NCBI GenBank assembly: GCA_038087875.1 | Contig: CM075989.1 | Location: forward strand, 5,022,001-5,086,000 | Direction: 5' to 3' | DNA length: 64,000 bases | Source: Malacoraja senta | Taxonomy: Eukaryota | In this document: one piece after another, positions 52,487 through 64,000 of the stretch | Numbering within the stretch: position 1 is the stretch's first letter | Layout of the letters: each line of letters starts with the position of its first letter | Translations under genes and position numbers: made by a program | Notes under the pieces: generated by a model | What the model was told of the DNA's origin: nothing | Seen by the model: only the letters and a program-made list of their open reading frames with translations | The model's database searches: none

Positions 52487-53338
52487 GAGTGGCGGCGCGG
52501 ATTACTGCAGCGGCCCCTACAGCCCGTCTGTCTTTTTATTTTATTTTTGTCTAGTTAAATGCAGTTGTTTGTATTTTTTTGGTACTGTTTTAATTGTGTA
52601 TATGTGGGGGGCGGGGGGCGGGGGGGGGGGGGGGATGGGGAAACTTTAAAAAAATCTATTCCCTGCACGGGAGACCCGACCTTTTCCCTGTCGGGTCTCC
52701 ATTGTCGTTGGGGCCTAGCTCCGTGGAGCGGCCTCCGACCGGGACGACCGGGACGACCTGGGGGCTCCAGTCGCGGAGCCTGTGGAGCAGGCCGTCCTCG
52801 GAGCGCAGGGAGCGGTGGTGGCTCGTTGCTGCGGCCCGACTCCGGAGCTCCAGCTGCAGCTGCGGACCCGTGGACTGTGATAGCGGGAGCTCGCGGGTCC
52901 GGGTGAGAGATCGCTTTCCGGAGCTCCCGCAACGCAACTTCTCCCGCCCGTGTCGCGGGGTTGGAACGACCCGGAGCGGGGCCGTAAATCGCCCGGCGCG
53001 TCTTTAATGGCAGCGGGATATTCCAACGCCCGCCGAGGGCTCCAACTTTGTGACTTTTGGACTGGAGCGGGGCCGTACACCGACCGGCGCAGCCTCAACG
53101 GCCGTGGGACTTAACATTGCCCGCCTGGGGCTTCAACATCGGGAGAAAAATGGTGCAGGGGAGAGAAAAGACTTTGCCTTCCATCACAGTGCGGAGGAGA
53201 TTCACTGTGATGGATGTTTTTCTGTAAATTGAATTGTTTGTGTGTCGTGTAAGAATTGTTTTGTTTGTATGGCTGTGGAAACGGAGTTTCGTTTGAGCCT
53301 CTTTGAGGTTCAAATGACAAGAAATAAATCAATCAATA
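52487..53338 (+). mobile_element. GC/CpG-rich non-autonomous retroposon with LINE-derived stem-loop/atgac..aataaa tail
   Basis: Abrupt GC shift relative to the flanks; 3' end tttgagcctctttgaggttcaaatgacaagaaataaatcaatcaat. Confidence 0.55.
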
Positions 53339-53729
53339 GTGAATTACAGAGGCAGTGTGCAAAAGTTGCCACGTTTCCGACACCACTTGTGCTCTTCAAG
53401 TTCAAAGTTGTTAAAAAATATATATATTTTATACCGCAGAACTTCAGCTCGTAAAGTTCAATTTAAAGTTAAAGCTGACAGCACGCTGGGGAACCTAATA
53501 TGCGTCCATTCAAATTTAAGTCCCTTGACCTAAAGACACCAAGGAATATGGGCCATTTGTGTGGAGAGGCATCTCCTATCTACTCCTTCATTTAATGATC
53601 ATGACCAATCTATACCTAACCCTATTGCAATGTAAATGGCCGTATATTTGCATTGCACATTTATTCCGTGCACCTTCACACACATAGCCAACAAAATCTA
53701 GCGACTTCAAGTCTTGAAAATTAAAATTA

Positions 53730-55578
53730 GGTCATAAGGTCATAAGTGATGAGCAGAATCAGGCCATTCGGCCCATCAAGTCTACTCCACCATTCAATCA
53801 CGGCTGATCTATCTCTCCGTCCTAACCCCATTCTCCTGCCTTCTCCCAATAACTCTTGACACCGTACTAATTAAGAATCTATCTATCTCTGCCTTAAAAA
53901 TATCCATTGAAGGCCACAGCCTTCTGTGGCATTGAATTCCACAGATTCTCCACCCTCTGACTAAAGAAATTCCTCCTCATCTCCTTCCTAAAGGAACGTC
54001 CTTTAATTCTGAGGCTATACCCCTGGTCCTAGACTCCTCCACTAGTGGAAACATCCTCGCCACATCCACTCTATCCAAGCCTTTCACTATTCGGCAAGCT
54101 TCAATGAGGTCCCCACCTCATTCTTCTAAACACCAGCGAGTACAGGCCCTGTGCCGTCAAACACTCATCATATGTTAACGCACTCATTCCTGGGATCATT
54201 CTTTTAAACCTCATCTGGACCCTCTCCAGAGCCAGCACATCATTCCTCTGATATAGTGCCCAAAATTGCTCACAATACTCCAAATGTGCCTTGACTAGTG
54301 CCTTATAGAGCCTCAGCATTACATCCCTGTTTTTGTATTCTAGCCCTCTTGAAATAAATGCAAGCATTACATTTGCCTTCTTTACTACCGATTTGACTTG
54401 CAAATTAACTTTTTCGGAATCCTGCACCACTACAAAGTCCCTCTGCACCTCCGATTTCTGGATTCACTCCCCATTTAGAAAATTATCTACACCTTTTTTC
54501 ATACTACCAAAATGCATGACTCCACACTTTGCTACACTATATTCCATCCACCATCTCTCTGCCACTCTTCCAACCTGTGCAAGTCTCTTTGCAAATAGAC
54601 AAAAATGCTGGAGAAACTCAGCGGGTGAGGCAGCATCTATGGAGCGAAGAAATAGGTGACGTTTCGGGTCGTGATCCTTCTTCAGAAGATGCTGCCTCAC
54701 CCACTGAGTTTCTCCAGCATTTTTGTCTACCTTCGATTTTTCCAGTATCTGCAGTTCTTTCTTAAACAAGTCCCTCTGCAGTGTCCCTGCTTTCTCTACA
54801 CTACCTGCCCCTCCACCTATTTTTGTATCATCTGCAAACTTGGCCACAAAGCCTTCAATCCCCTCATCCAAATCAGTAATGTACAACGCGAAGAGTGGCA
54901 GCCCCAGCACCGACTCCTGCGGAACTCCACTAGTCACTGGCAGCCTACCAGAAAAAGCCCCCTTTATTGCCACTCTTTGCCTTCTGCCACCCAGCTATCC
55001 ATGCTGGTATCTGCCCTTTGGGGTCTCATCTTCCTTTGCAGCCTCACATGTGACACTTTAACAAATCTCGGTGTACAACATCTACTGACTCTCCTTTGTC
55101 TGTCCTATTTACTTCTTCAAATAATTCCAGCAGATTTGTCTGGCAAGATCTCCCCTTCACAAAACCATGCTGACTTCGGCCTATTTTATCATGTACTTCT
55201 AAGTACTCCGTAACCTTATCCTTTATAATGGACTCTAAAATCTTACCAACCACTGGTCAGACTAACCGGCCTAGAGTTTCCACTATTCTGCTTTGTTTCC
55301 TTCTTGTACAGCGGGGTAATATTGGCAATTTTCCTATCACCTGGAACTACTCCTGACTCTAGTGATTCTTGAAATATCACTATTAATGCCGCCACAATCT
55401 CTAAAGCCACCTCATTCGGAACCCTAGGGTGCAGTCCATCCGGACCAGGTGACTTATGCACCTTCAGCTTCCCAAGCACCTCCTCAGTAATAGCCACTCC
55501 ACTAACTTCCACCCCCTGACTCTCTTGAATTTCAGGCACGTTGCTGGTGTCTTCCGCTGTGATGACTGATGCAAAATT
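53730..55578 (-). mobile_element. CR1 LINE fragment (RT and 3' tail)
   Basis: KSPGPDGLHPRV, QHGFVKGRSC, GVPQ, AKFADDTK and HLEYCEQFW; (cttatgac)n tail. Confidence 0.9.
54594..54766. mobile_element. Inverted PLE-end insertion inside a CR1
   Basis: Flanked by caagtctctttgca (54580-54593) and caagtccctctgca (54767-54780), a ~14-bp TSD; hammerhead on - at 54658-54685. Confidence 0.75.
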
Positions 55579-56466
55579 ACCCTTTTATCTAGTTTTTTTA
55601 GTTCGAAATTCCCACAACATCAAATGATGCAAATTTATCATCAATGGCTGGTTCTAATTTTAAGATCCCCACTTATTAGGAAAGATGTTTCTACTCGAGC
55701 AATTTAAATCTCTTGATTAAATCACCTCTTAATCTGAATTTGTGTGCTAAGAGTTTATGCAATTTGTTTTTATATTTTAAACTATTAAATTATGAGGACA
55801 ACTACTCTGAATGATCGAAGCTCCATATATCCAAAGTTGCACCAATACAGTTTTGTGCTCTAATCCTCTTGGGACAAAGGCCAACAATATATTATGTGAA
55901 CATATTCATTATTTTTGCATTGTGCATTGGTTTTGAAAAGGCAACAAGATCCCTCAGCATCTTCACAGCTGCTATTTCTCACCAAGTAAATAAAAATATT
56001 TTATTTTCTCACATCCATGCAGAACACATCCATGCTGAATCGTTGCCCATTCATCTCGCTCTCTTTTTTCAGCTTCCTGTTTCCACTTAAACAATTGTCC
56101 TTTCTAAGTTAAATATCGACTGTAAACTTGGACAGACAATTCTTTGAACAAGTTACTGAACAGAAAAACTGAGGGCCGAAAATAAACCGATTATTGATCG
56201 CAACCTGCCATTCAATGAACAGTCCCTTTATTCTAATTTGGGTTCGCCATCTCCCAAACAATTATCGATGCATGTCACAAGGTTTCTCCCAAGTTTGTCA
56301 ACAACCTCCAATCACAACTTTATCAAGTAAACTAGACATCCAGGACCTAACCTAAACGCATTTATATTGTCCCTCATCCCGTTCCCTAGGATTTGTTATA
56401 ACATGCCCAACCTTGGTCGGATTCCAGTAAATAATTGCACTATTTAACCGACAGGTTTGTAGTTAA

Positions 56467-56659
56467 AGGGCATGTCCCACTTGGGTGTCATTTGCGTGTC
56501 ACACAGATGGCGAGCAAAGATTTTGAACATCCCAAAATCCTGGGGCGCCGCGCGTCACTGCCTTTAGTCACCACGCACCATGCGCGCATCACGTGCGCTT
56601 CACGCGTAAATCATGTCGCATAAATTACGCGCAAATGACGCCCAAGTCGGACAGGCCCT
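56467..56659. mobile_element. Short Harbinger-like MITE
   Basis: ~30-bp imperfect TIRs (AGGGCATGTCCCACTTGGGTGTCATTTGCG) and TAA TSD. Confidence 0.8.
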
Positions 56660-56924
56660 TAACAAGTCTCCACCTTTTCTTAAATAGGTGACATTTTTCA
56701 TGGTAAAAAAGCTAAATTTCCGCCTTCAAAGGTCTTTGTTAAATTAGGATCAATTCTTCACCATATCTTTGAACATTTCTTTGGTGCAATCCTTTTATCT
56801 CCCTATCAGAGCCATTAAGGATGCCAAGAGGAATTCTTCGATACATTTCGTCCATGCTGACCAAGGCGCCCCATTTAAGCTGGGCTGGTGATGGAGCACC
56901 TAACACCCAGCCTCCAATAATCAA

Positions 56925-57960
56925 TCCACTGCAATTTGCTTACATCGCAACATGTCCACAGCAGACACCATCTCCCTGGCCCTAAACTTATCTCTGGAAC
57001 ACTTTGACAACAAGGACTCCTATTTATCAACTATAGCTCCACTTTCAATACCAAGGTCCCATCCAAACCTCATGTTCAAATTCCTGGATCTAGGAATCAG
57101 CAACCCCTTCACCACTGGATCCATAACTTTCTGACCCATTGGGCCTTCTATAAGTTTATAACTGTTACCGAGCTGGTCCCGAGCCAATGACACAGTTACC
57201 CATGGATTGCGGCGAGGCTTGCACTCTGCAAGATCAGCTTTCCTGAGAGTGAATCTGCGGAAAGCCACTGGCCTGGATGGAGTCTATGGCCGCGTCCTCA
57301 GGACCTATGTGAATCAGCTGGTAGAGCTATTCAGACATCTTTAACATCACACTACTCCATTCTGTTGGCCCCATGTGCTTCAAGATGACCACCATCAACC
57401 CAGTGTCAAAGAAAAGAAAGGTAGCATGCCTAAATGACCACCGTGCAGTGGCCCTATCATCATGAGGTACTTTAAGAGGCTGGTGATGGCACACATTAAA
57501 TCCAGCTTCCAATAATCCGCCAGTTTGCTTCGCACAGCAGACGCCATCTCGCTGGCCCCACACTTATCTCTGGAACACATTGACCACAAGGACTTCTATT
57601 TGTCGACTAGAGGTCTGCTTTCAAATCCTTAGTCCCATCCAGCCTCAAGTCCAAACTGCTGGACCTCGGAATCAGCACCCCCTTTGTCACTGGATCCTCA
57701 AACCTTCTGACCCATAGTCCACAATCAGAGAGGATAGGTGACAACACCTCATCCGTAAGAATTCTCTCTGCAAGGATGCACTCTCAGTCCCCTGCTATAC
57801 CCCCTGCACACTCACCACTGTGGCCAAATTAGGCTCTAACTCCATCTAAAAGTTTGCAGATGATACCATTGTGGTGGGCCGAATCGTGAACAAGGAGCAC
57901 AGGATGGAGCACTTTGTAACATGGTGTCAGAACAACAATCTCTCCCTCAATGTCAGGAAG
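56925..57960 (+). mobile_element. Decayed Rex1-like RT fragments (two related copies at ~56960-57140 and ~57537-57715)
   Basis: KATGLDGV, CFKMTTI.PV.KK and KFADDT remnants. Confidence 0.6.
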
Positions 57961-57973
57961 ACATAGGAAACGT

Positions 57974-58001
57974 CTGAAGAAGGGTTTCGGCCCGAAACGT
58001 T
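57974..58001 (+). ncRNA. Minimal hammerhead motif (variant with UUCG-capped helix II and GUU site)
   Basis: CTGAAGAAGGGTTTCGGCCCGAAACGTT. Confidence 0.65.
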
Positions 58002-59382
58002 GCCCATCTCCTTCGCTCCATAGATGCTGCCGCACCCGCTGAGTTTCTCCAGCATTTTTGTCTACCTTCAATTTTCCAGCATCTGCAGTTCCTTCTTGAA
58101 GGGTTTGTAGATTAATTGGCTTGATATAAATGTTAACAAAATTGTCCCTAGTGTGTAGGATAGTGTTAATGTGCGGGGATCACTGGTCGATGTGGACTCG
58201 GTGGGCCGAAGAGCCTGTTTCTGCACTATATCTCTAAACTAAAACCAAAAGTATAAAATCACTTAGTCACTCAAAAAGTACTAAATAAATGAATCTCGGT
58301 CAGTTTGCAGCTGTCAAACGCCTCTGCTATTTAACAGTGTGCTAATTCATTTTGCTGCAATCTCAAACAGTTGAGAACTGTATATACCATGCTAATCATA
58401 GTTCAATCTGTGCCAGTCTGTAAAAGTGCTCCCATTACTGTTTTGTATATAAAGAGGTTGCAAAACCAAAAACATCCTCCTGCTGGCAATTTGACTCCAC
58501 ATCAACAGCCAATGGTCTTCCAATTAACCCTATTCACAAACAATTGAACAGAGCCACACACTAAAGCTGCAGTTTGGTCGCTGAAAGTTATGTCCGATTT
58601 ATAGGATATCAGCAAAGCTAGTGTGTTTAATTGTCTGCTGGTCTCCATCTGTTACAAACATATTTCATTGGCAGAATTGAACCAGATGTATGACATAATT
58701 GACTGATGGGTGTAAGACAAGGACCAGGGCAAGTTAAATACTGGATATGTAATCCTGAACAATGACACTGCAGAAAAACATTTGAAAGCTTGAACAGGTT
58801 CAAGCCATTTGTTATGCCATAAACAGGTTTTACAAGGTACAGATTCATGAGGTTGTTTTGTAAAGCACCATTTCAACTTATTTGTTATTCACTCGTCTTG
58901 CATGGTAAGATTTTTAAATTGGAATGGCATCAGTTAAATGACTGATTTGTCAGCCTACTGGCCTTATCTCGTTTCTCACAATTACAACCATCTTTCCCAA
59001 GTTTCTCTCAATGTCGTCATCAGTTAATAAAAGTTATACATTGGATGCAGATAGCTGTCTGCAACCGTTTGTACACTACAACCAACAGAAGGCGCTCACA
59101 GGCCATTGCAGCAGGAAAATAAAACTAATTCCACGATCATACCACCTTTGCAGGGTGTCAGTTTAATCAGTTCAGAAAACACGCCAGCAAATAGTGGGAT
59201 GCACATTCCTACCTTCAGTTGTTTTATTGGTAATGATAAAGCACTTTAAACCCAATGGGAACATTTAGCCATGTTAAAAATAACGGCTTCTAATGGAAGG
59301 TATGCATTTCTCATCATAACTCCTCATTTTTACTTACTAAAGCCTTTCAGCTTCTGAACTTTGCATGTCTTGCTTCGGGAAA

Positions 59383-59442
59383 GCACAGTCTAACACTAAT
59401 ACGTTGCTAAAACTTTTGCACAGTCTAACACTATTACGTTGC
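59383..59442. repeat. 25-bp direct repeat at period 35
   Basis: gcacagtctaacacta(a/t)tacgttgc twice. Confidence 0.8.
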
Positions 59443-59584
59443 AAGCTTTTATAGTTTTGATTTTCAGTTTGGAAGGGTTGGGAGGTAGGACAGATGCCTG
59501 GGTTCATCCAGTCAGGAAGAACTCATACATGCTTCTGTGAAGCGGAGACTTGAATGCAAAGTCTTTTGTTCTGACTGTCAATTA

Positions 59585-60273
59585 TAGTAAACTCTCATAA
59601 CAGACCATGGAGAGGAAATGGTGTCCGATATTGGCGATTATATATATGCTATAACCAAGTAAGAAATTACTGGGTAATAGAGTAATGTTGTATAAGTAGT
59701 AGAAACAAAGAACTGCAGATGCTGGTTAATACACAAAAGGACACAAAGTGCTGGAGTATCTCAGCAGGTCAGGCAGCATCTCTGGTGAACATGGATGGGT
59801 GATGTTTCGGATCGAGACCCTTCTTCAGACTCTCGGTCTGGAACTGGGCCTGGAATCCAGGTGATTTGAAGGCCCTAGCCTACTGGTGGCCGGGGGAGAG
59901 GCGAGGATTAGCAGAGTCTTTGGTTGCGGCCTGTGAGCGGCTGGCTGGAGTGCAGGTAGGGGTCGGCGGCAGCCAGCGCAGCCAAGAAGCGTCTGAGGAA
60001 GCTGTGTGGGCTGGCAGTGGTGGCAGAAGATGTGGCAAGGAAGCAGTGCAGGCAGCTCGGCCTGGCAGTGATGGTTGGTAGGTCCAGCCTGGAAGCGGCC
60101 GGCAAGGTGGTGTGGGCTAGGGGTGGTGTCGGAAGCCCAGCCTGGTAGTAGCCGGGGAGGTGGTGCGGGCAGGGGGTGGCATCGGCAGCCCGGCCTGGCA
60201 GTGAAGTTTGGTAGGTCCATCCGCTATAACCGAAGTCCGTTCTACAGATGTCCATGATAATGAGGATTTACTG
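59585..60273. mobile_element. Possible old pogo/Tigger-like MITE with an internal PLE fragment
   Basis: Degenerate termini tagtaaactctcataac / ataatgaggatttactg. Confidence 0.35.
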
Positions 60274-60617
60274 TTTTGATCTTTTGTAATCCTCAAAGTG
60301 TGACTGGGATTACCTTAAATCTGGGCCAGATAGCACTTAAATATCCTGGCAACATGAGGCAAACTGCTTACATCACATGAACAAAAAGGATACAGAATAC
60401 ATTTGCATTACTGTGTACAAATTTATTCTAAACCAGTTCACAGAGCCAGGTGTTAACTTTTAAAATTCTTCATTTCCCTTGCATATAGTTCCCAAACCAA
60501 CAAGGCTTCTCCAATAACTCATTCCTTGGGCAATTCCTCTTTCGGTAATCTCTAAATTCCAGCATTAGAGATGCCCAAACAGTGGTACATGGGGCAAATG
60601 ATGCTTGAGTTAACACT

Positions 60618-60787
60618 CAAAGGTAGATCAAAATGCTGGAGAAACTCAGCGGGTGAGGCAGCATCTATGGAGCAAAGGAATAGGTCACCTATTCCTTCGC
60701 TCCATAGATGCTGCCTCACCCGCTGAGTTTCTCCAGCATTTTGATCTACCTTCGATTTTTCCAGCATCTGCAGTTCCTTCTTAAACA
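60618..60787. mobile_element. Fold-back PLE-end insertion
   Basis: 66-bp inverted arms (60620-60685, 60687-60752) with one mismatch; exact 13-bp TSD TTGAGTTAACACT (60605-60617, 60788-60800). Confidence 0.85.
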
Positions 60788-61017
60788 TTGAGTTAACACT
60801 AGATATCCTACCTCAAATAAACCATAAGGTATCAAAGTGATACCATGTCCTTCCTACCTTGTGGGGATTGGAGGGAACGAACTGGGTAGAGAATGACTGA
60901 GATGGTGAGCACTGATGGGCAGAGGAATATCCACTAAACCTATTAAAGATGGATGGGGATTCAAAACACAAAACAAGCAAGCAAGCTGCTATTTTTAAAA
61001 AGCTTTATTTAACTCAC

Positions 61018-61102
61018 CTGCAAGTGAACGAGGAATGGTCAGCAAGCTATCATGCACTAGGGGGTCATCTTGAGCATTCACTAGCAGTAGAGGAATCTGT
61101 AT
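61018..61102 (-). CDS. ABHD2: ABHD2 penultimate coding exon
   Basis: Minus-strand acceptor tgacacAG and donor GTGAGT. 85 nt translating IQIPLLLVNAQDDPLVHDSLLTIPRSLA plus 1 nt; G+AG joins the last exon as GAG (Glu). Contains the DDP catalytic-Asp motif. Confidence 0.95.
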
Positions 61103-61692
61103 CTGTGTCAGGTATAAACAAGATATTGCATTACAAATAGATGCCACTTGCTGATAGGAATAGCACAGAGACGTTTTTTTCACCTTTTCATTGATAATCA
61201 ATTAAGACAGCATCAGTTTTATCCCGCTTTTCCCTCCCAAGTATGCCTGCTATATAAATGCCAATGGTGATAATTAGGTGAGCGGAATGGCAGGTGGGTG
61301 GACCCTTTACGGAATGCATTGCAAACTTATTTCCTTTAGCTCGAAATCTGGTGCATCAGTAACACAGAATATGCAAATGTTATTTGTCTTTCAATAGGGA
61401 AAATTAGCATAATGGTCCAAGGGGCTTTTTTTGTTTTTACAAGGGGCCCAAGCACTTATATAACATCTCAAAGAATTGGCATTGAAAATCTCGAAGCAAA
61501 TTGACCTGCTATTTACCCTATTTGCTTATTGATACTGATCTATTAAACAATCCAAGCAATAGTCATGTAAAACATTTGAAGACCAATACAAATGCATGCT
61601 GCAGCTAGAGGCAGTTTTCACATTCACCATGCTGCATACACTTAAAATGCAATCACTGAAATCAACATTACAGAGTATGCATTATTCACATA

Positions 61693-63459
61693 CAGTGCCC
61701 TCCATAATGTTTGGGACAAAGACCCATCATTTATTTATCTGCCTCTGTACTCCACAATTTGAGATTTGTAATAGAAAAAATCATATCTGGTTAAAGTGCA
61801 CATTGTCAGATTTTAATAAAGGCCATTTTTATACATTTTGGTTTCACCATGTAATTACATCAGTGTTTATACATAGTCCCCCCATTTCAGGGCACCATAA
61901 TGTTGGGGACACAGCAATGTCATGTAAATGAAAGTAATTATGTTTAGTATTTTGTTGCATATCCTTTGCATGCAATGACTGCTTGAAGTCTGCGATTCAT
62001 GGACATCACCAGTTGCTGGGTGTCTTCTCTGGTGATGCTCTGCCAGGCCTGTATTGCAGCCATATTTAGCTTATGCTTGTTTTGGGGGCTAGTCCCCTTC
62101 AGTTTTCTCTTCAGCATATAAAAGGCATGCTCAATTGGGTTCAGATCGGGTGATTGACTTGGCCACTCAAGAATTGACCATTTTTGGCATTGAAAAACTC
62201 CATTGCTGCTTTCCCCTCCCCTTACCAGCTCTCCCGCAGCCCACTGTCTCCGCCTCTTCCTTTCTTCTTCCCGCCCCCGTCCCCCACCCCCACATCAGTC
62301 TGAAGAATGGCCTCGACCCGAAACGTCACCTATTCCTTCGCTCCATAGATGCTGCCTCACCCGCTGAATTTCTCCAGCATTTTTGTCTACCTTTGTTGCT
62401 TTAGCAGTATGTGTGGGATCATTGTCTTGTTGTAGAGAGAACTGCCGGCCAATGAATTTTGAGGCATTTGTTTGAACAGATTGGAAGTAGCTACACACTT
62501 CAGAATTCATTATGCTACTGCCATCAGCAGTTGTATCATCAATGAAGATAAGTGGGCCAAGTTCCTTCAGTAGTCATACATGCCCAGGCCATAACACCCC
62601 CGCCACCGCGTTTTACAGATGAGATGGTATGCTTTGGATCCTCGGCAGTTGCTTCGCTCCTCCACAAGACCTTTTTTCCAGAACTGTGGTTGCACTTTTA
62701 AGTGCTTCTTGGCAAACTGTAACCTGGCCATCCTATTTTAGCAGCTAACCAGTGGTTTGCATCTTGCCTATGTGTTTCTGTTCCTGAAGTCTGCGGACTG
62801 TGGTCATTGACAAGTCCACACCTGGCTCCTGAAGAATGTTTCTGATCTGTCAGACAGGTGTTTGGGTATTTTTCTTTTTAAATAGAGAGAATTCTTCTGT
62901 CATCAGCTGTGGAGGTCTTCCTTGGCCTGCCAGTCCCTTTGCGATTAGTAAGCTCACCAGTGCTCTCTTTCTTCTTAATGATGTTCCAAACAGTTGATTT
63001 TGGTAAGCCTAAGGTTTGGCTGATATCTGATTGGCTGATAAACAGTTTTATTCTTGATTCTCAGTCTCATAATGGTTTCTTTGACTTTCATTGGCACAAC
63101 TTTGGTCCTCATGTTGATAAACAGCAATAAAAGTTTCCAAAGGTGATGGAAAGACTGGGGGAAAGACTAGGTGTTGAGAGCTCTTATACATGCATGAAGG
63201 AGACAATTAAACACACCTGAGCAATTACAAACACCTGTGAAACCATGTCCCAAACATTATGGTGCCCTGTAATGGGGGGACTATGTATAAACACAGCTAT
63301 AATTTCCACATGGTGAAACCAAAATGTATAAAAATGGCCTTCAATAAATGTGCAATTTAACCACATGTGATTTTTTTCTATTACAAATCTCAAATTGTGG
63401 AGTACAGAGGCAAATAAATAAACTATGGGTCTTTGTCCCAAACATTATGGAGGGCACAG
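61693..63459 (-). mobile_element. Second copy of the same Tc1 family, opposite orientation, with a nested PLE end at ~62213-62390
   Basis: Same TIRs, TA on both sides (61691-61692, 63460-63461). The nested insert is flanked by ttg(c/t)tgcttt. Confidence 0.92.
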
Positions 63460-63619
63460 TAGACGAGTGAATTTTGACATCAACATCCACATTTTACAAA
63501 ATAAGTAGTCAACCTGCTTAGATCAACTTTTTTTTTAAAGAAACAAGAGATTGGGGAAGTGGAGAAAGCCCCACCTCTTATTCCCTGTACCTGAAGTAAC
63601 AATTATAAGTGGGCTCTGA

Positions 63620-63990
63620 CTAGTCCTCAGAAGACTGAGGAAATTCAGCATGTCTCCAATGACGCTTACAAACCTCGACAGATGCGCCATAGAAAGCATA
63701 TTGCCGGCTTGCATCACAGTGTGGTTTGGGAACAGCTCTGCCCAAGACCGCAAGAAATTGCAGATGGTTGTGAATGTAGCCCAGTTCATCACACACACCA
63801 GACTTCCCACCATTGACTCCATCTACATTTTGTGCTGCCTTGGAAAAGCACCCAACATAATCAAAGACATCCCACTCGTCAATTCTTCTCCTCCCTGCTC
63901 CTGTCAGGCAGAAGATACAGAAGTTTTAAAGTGCACACCAGACTCAGGAACCTTTGTTATCAGGCTTTTAAACGGTCCTTCCATAATCTA
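63620..63990 (+). mobile_element. Rex1-like LINE 3' fragment
   Basis: AIESILPACITVWFGNSSAQDRKKLQ. Confidence 0.7.
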
Positions 63991-64000
63991 GGGTACTGCC

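Noticed and set aside
52555..53098. CpG-island-like block with ORFs, a possible promoter or gene
   Set aside because: Bounded by a retroposon tail inside an ABHD2 intron; no homologous protein features.
59825..60257. 131-aa Pro-rich ORF
   Set aside because: GC-rich low-complexity interior of a probable old transposon.

Overview
Repeat-dense vertebrate genomic DNA. The repeat content (HE1-type tRNA-derived SINEs, CR1/HER1-like LINEs) suggests a cartilaginous fish, probably a skate or ray; this is an inference. Two host genes are convergent. The last two coding exons of RLBP1 (CRALBP) lie on + (871-981, 3225-3377). The last two coding exons of ABHD2 lie on - (61018-61102, 47338-47540), followed by a long, AT-rich, repeat-poor putative 3'UTR that may reach about 36.98 kb. 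Most of the rest is transposon-derived: HE1-like SINEs, CR1, Rex1-like and RTE-X-like LINE fragments, two decayed IR/DR Tc1 (DD34E) copies, five PIF/Harbinger-like MITEs, hAT-like elements and many Penelope-like element (PLE) 3' ends. The most notable hidden signal is that the abundant PLE end carries a minimal hammerhead ribozyme (CTGAAGA-A-GGGTCTCGACCC-GAAACGTC). It often occurs as TSD-flanked fold-back insertions. One of these folds back at the predicted cleavage site, and another sits inside a DNA-transposon MITE. A duplicated ~480-bp block has also gained a ~100-bp-arm hairpin inside the putative ABHD2 3'UTR. Nearly all ORFs in the supplied track are spurious or TE-derived. Repeat boundaries are approximate unless TSDs are given.
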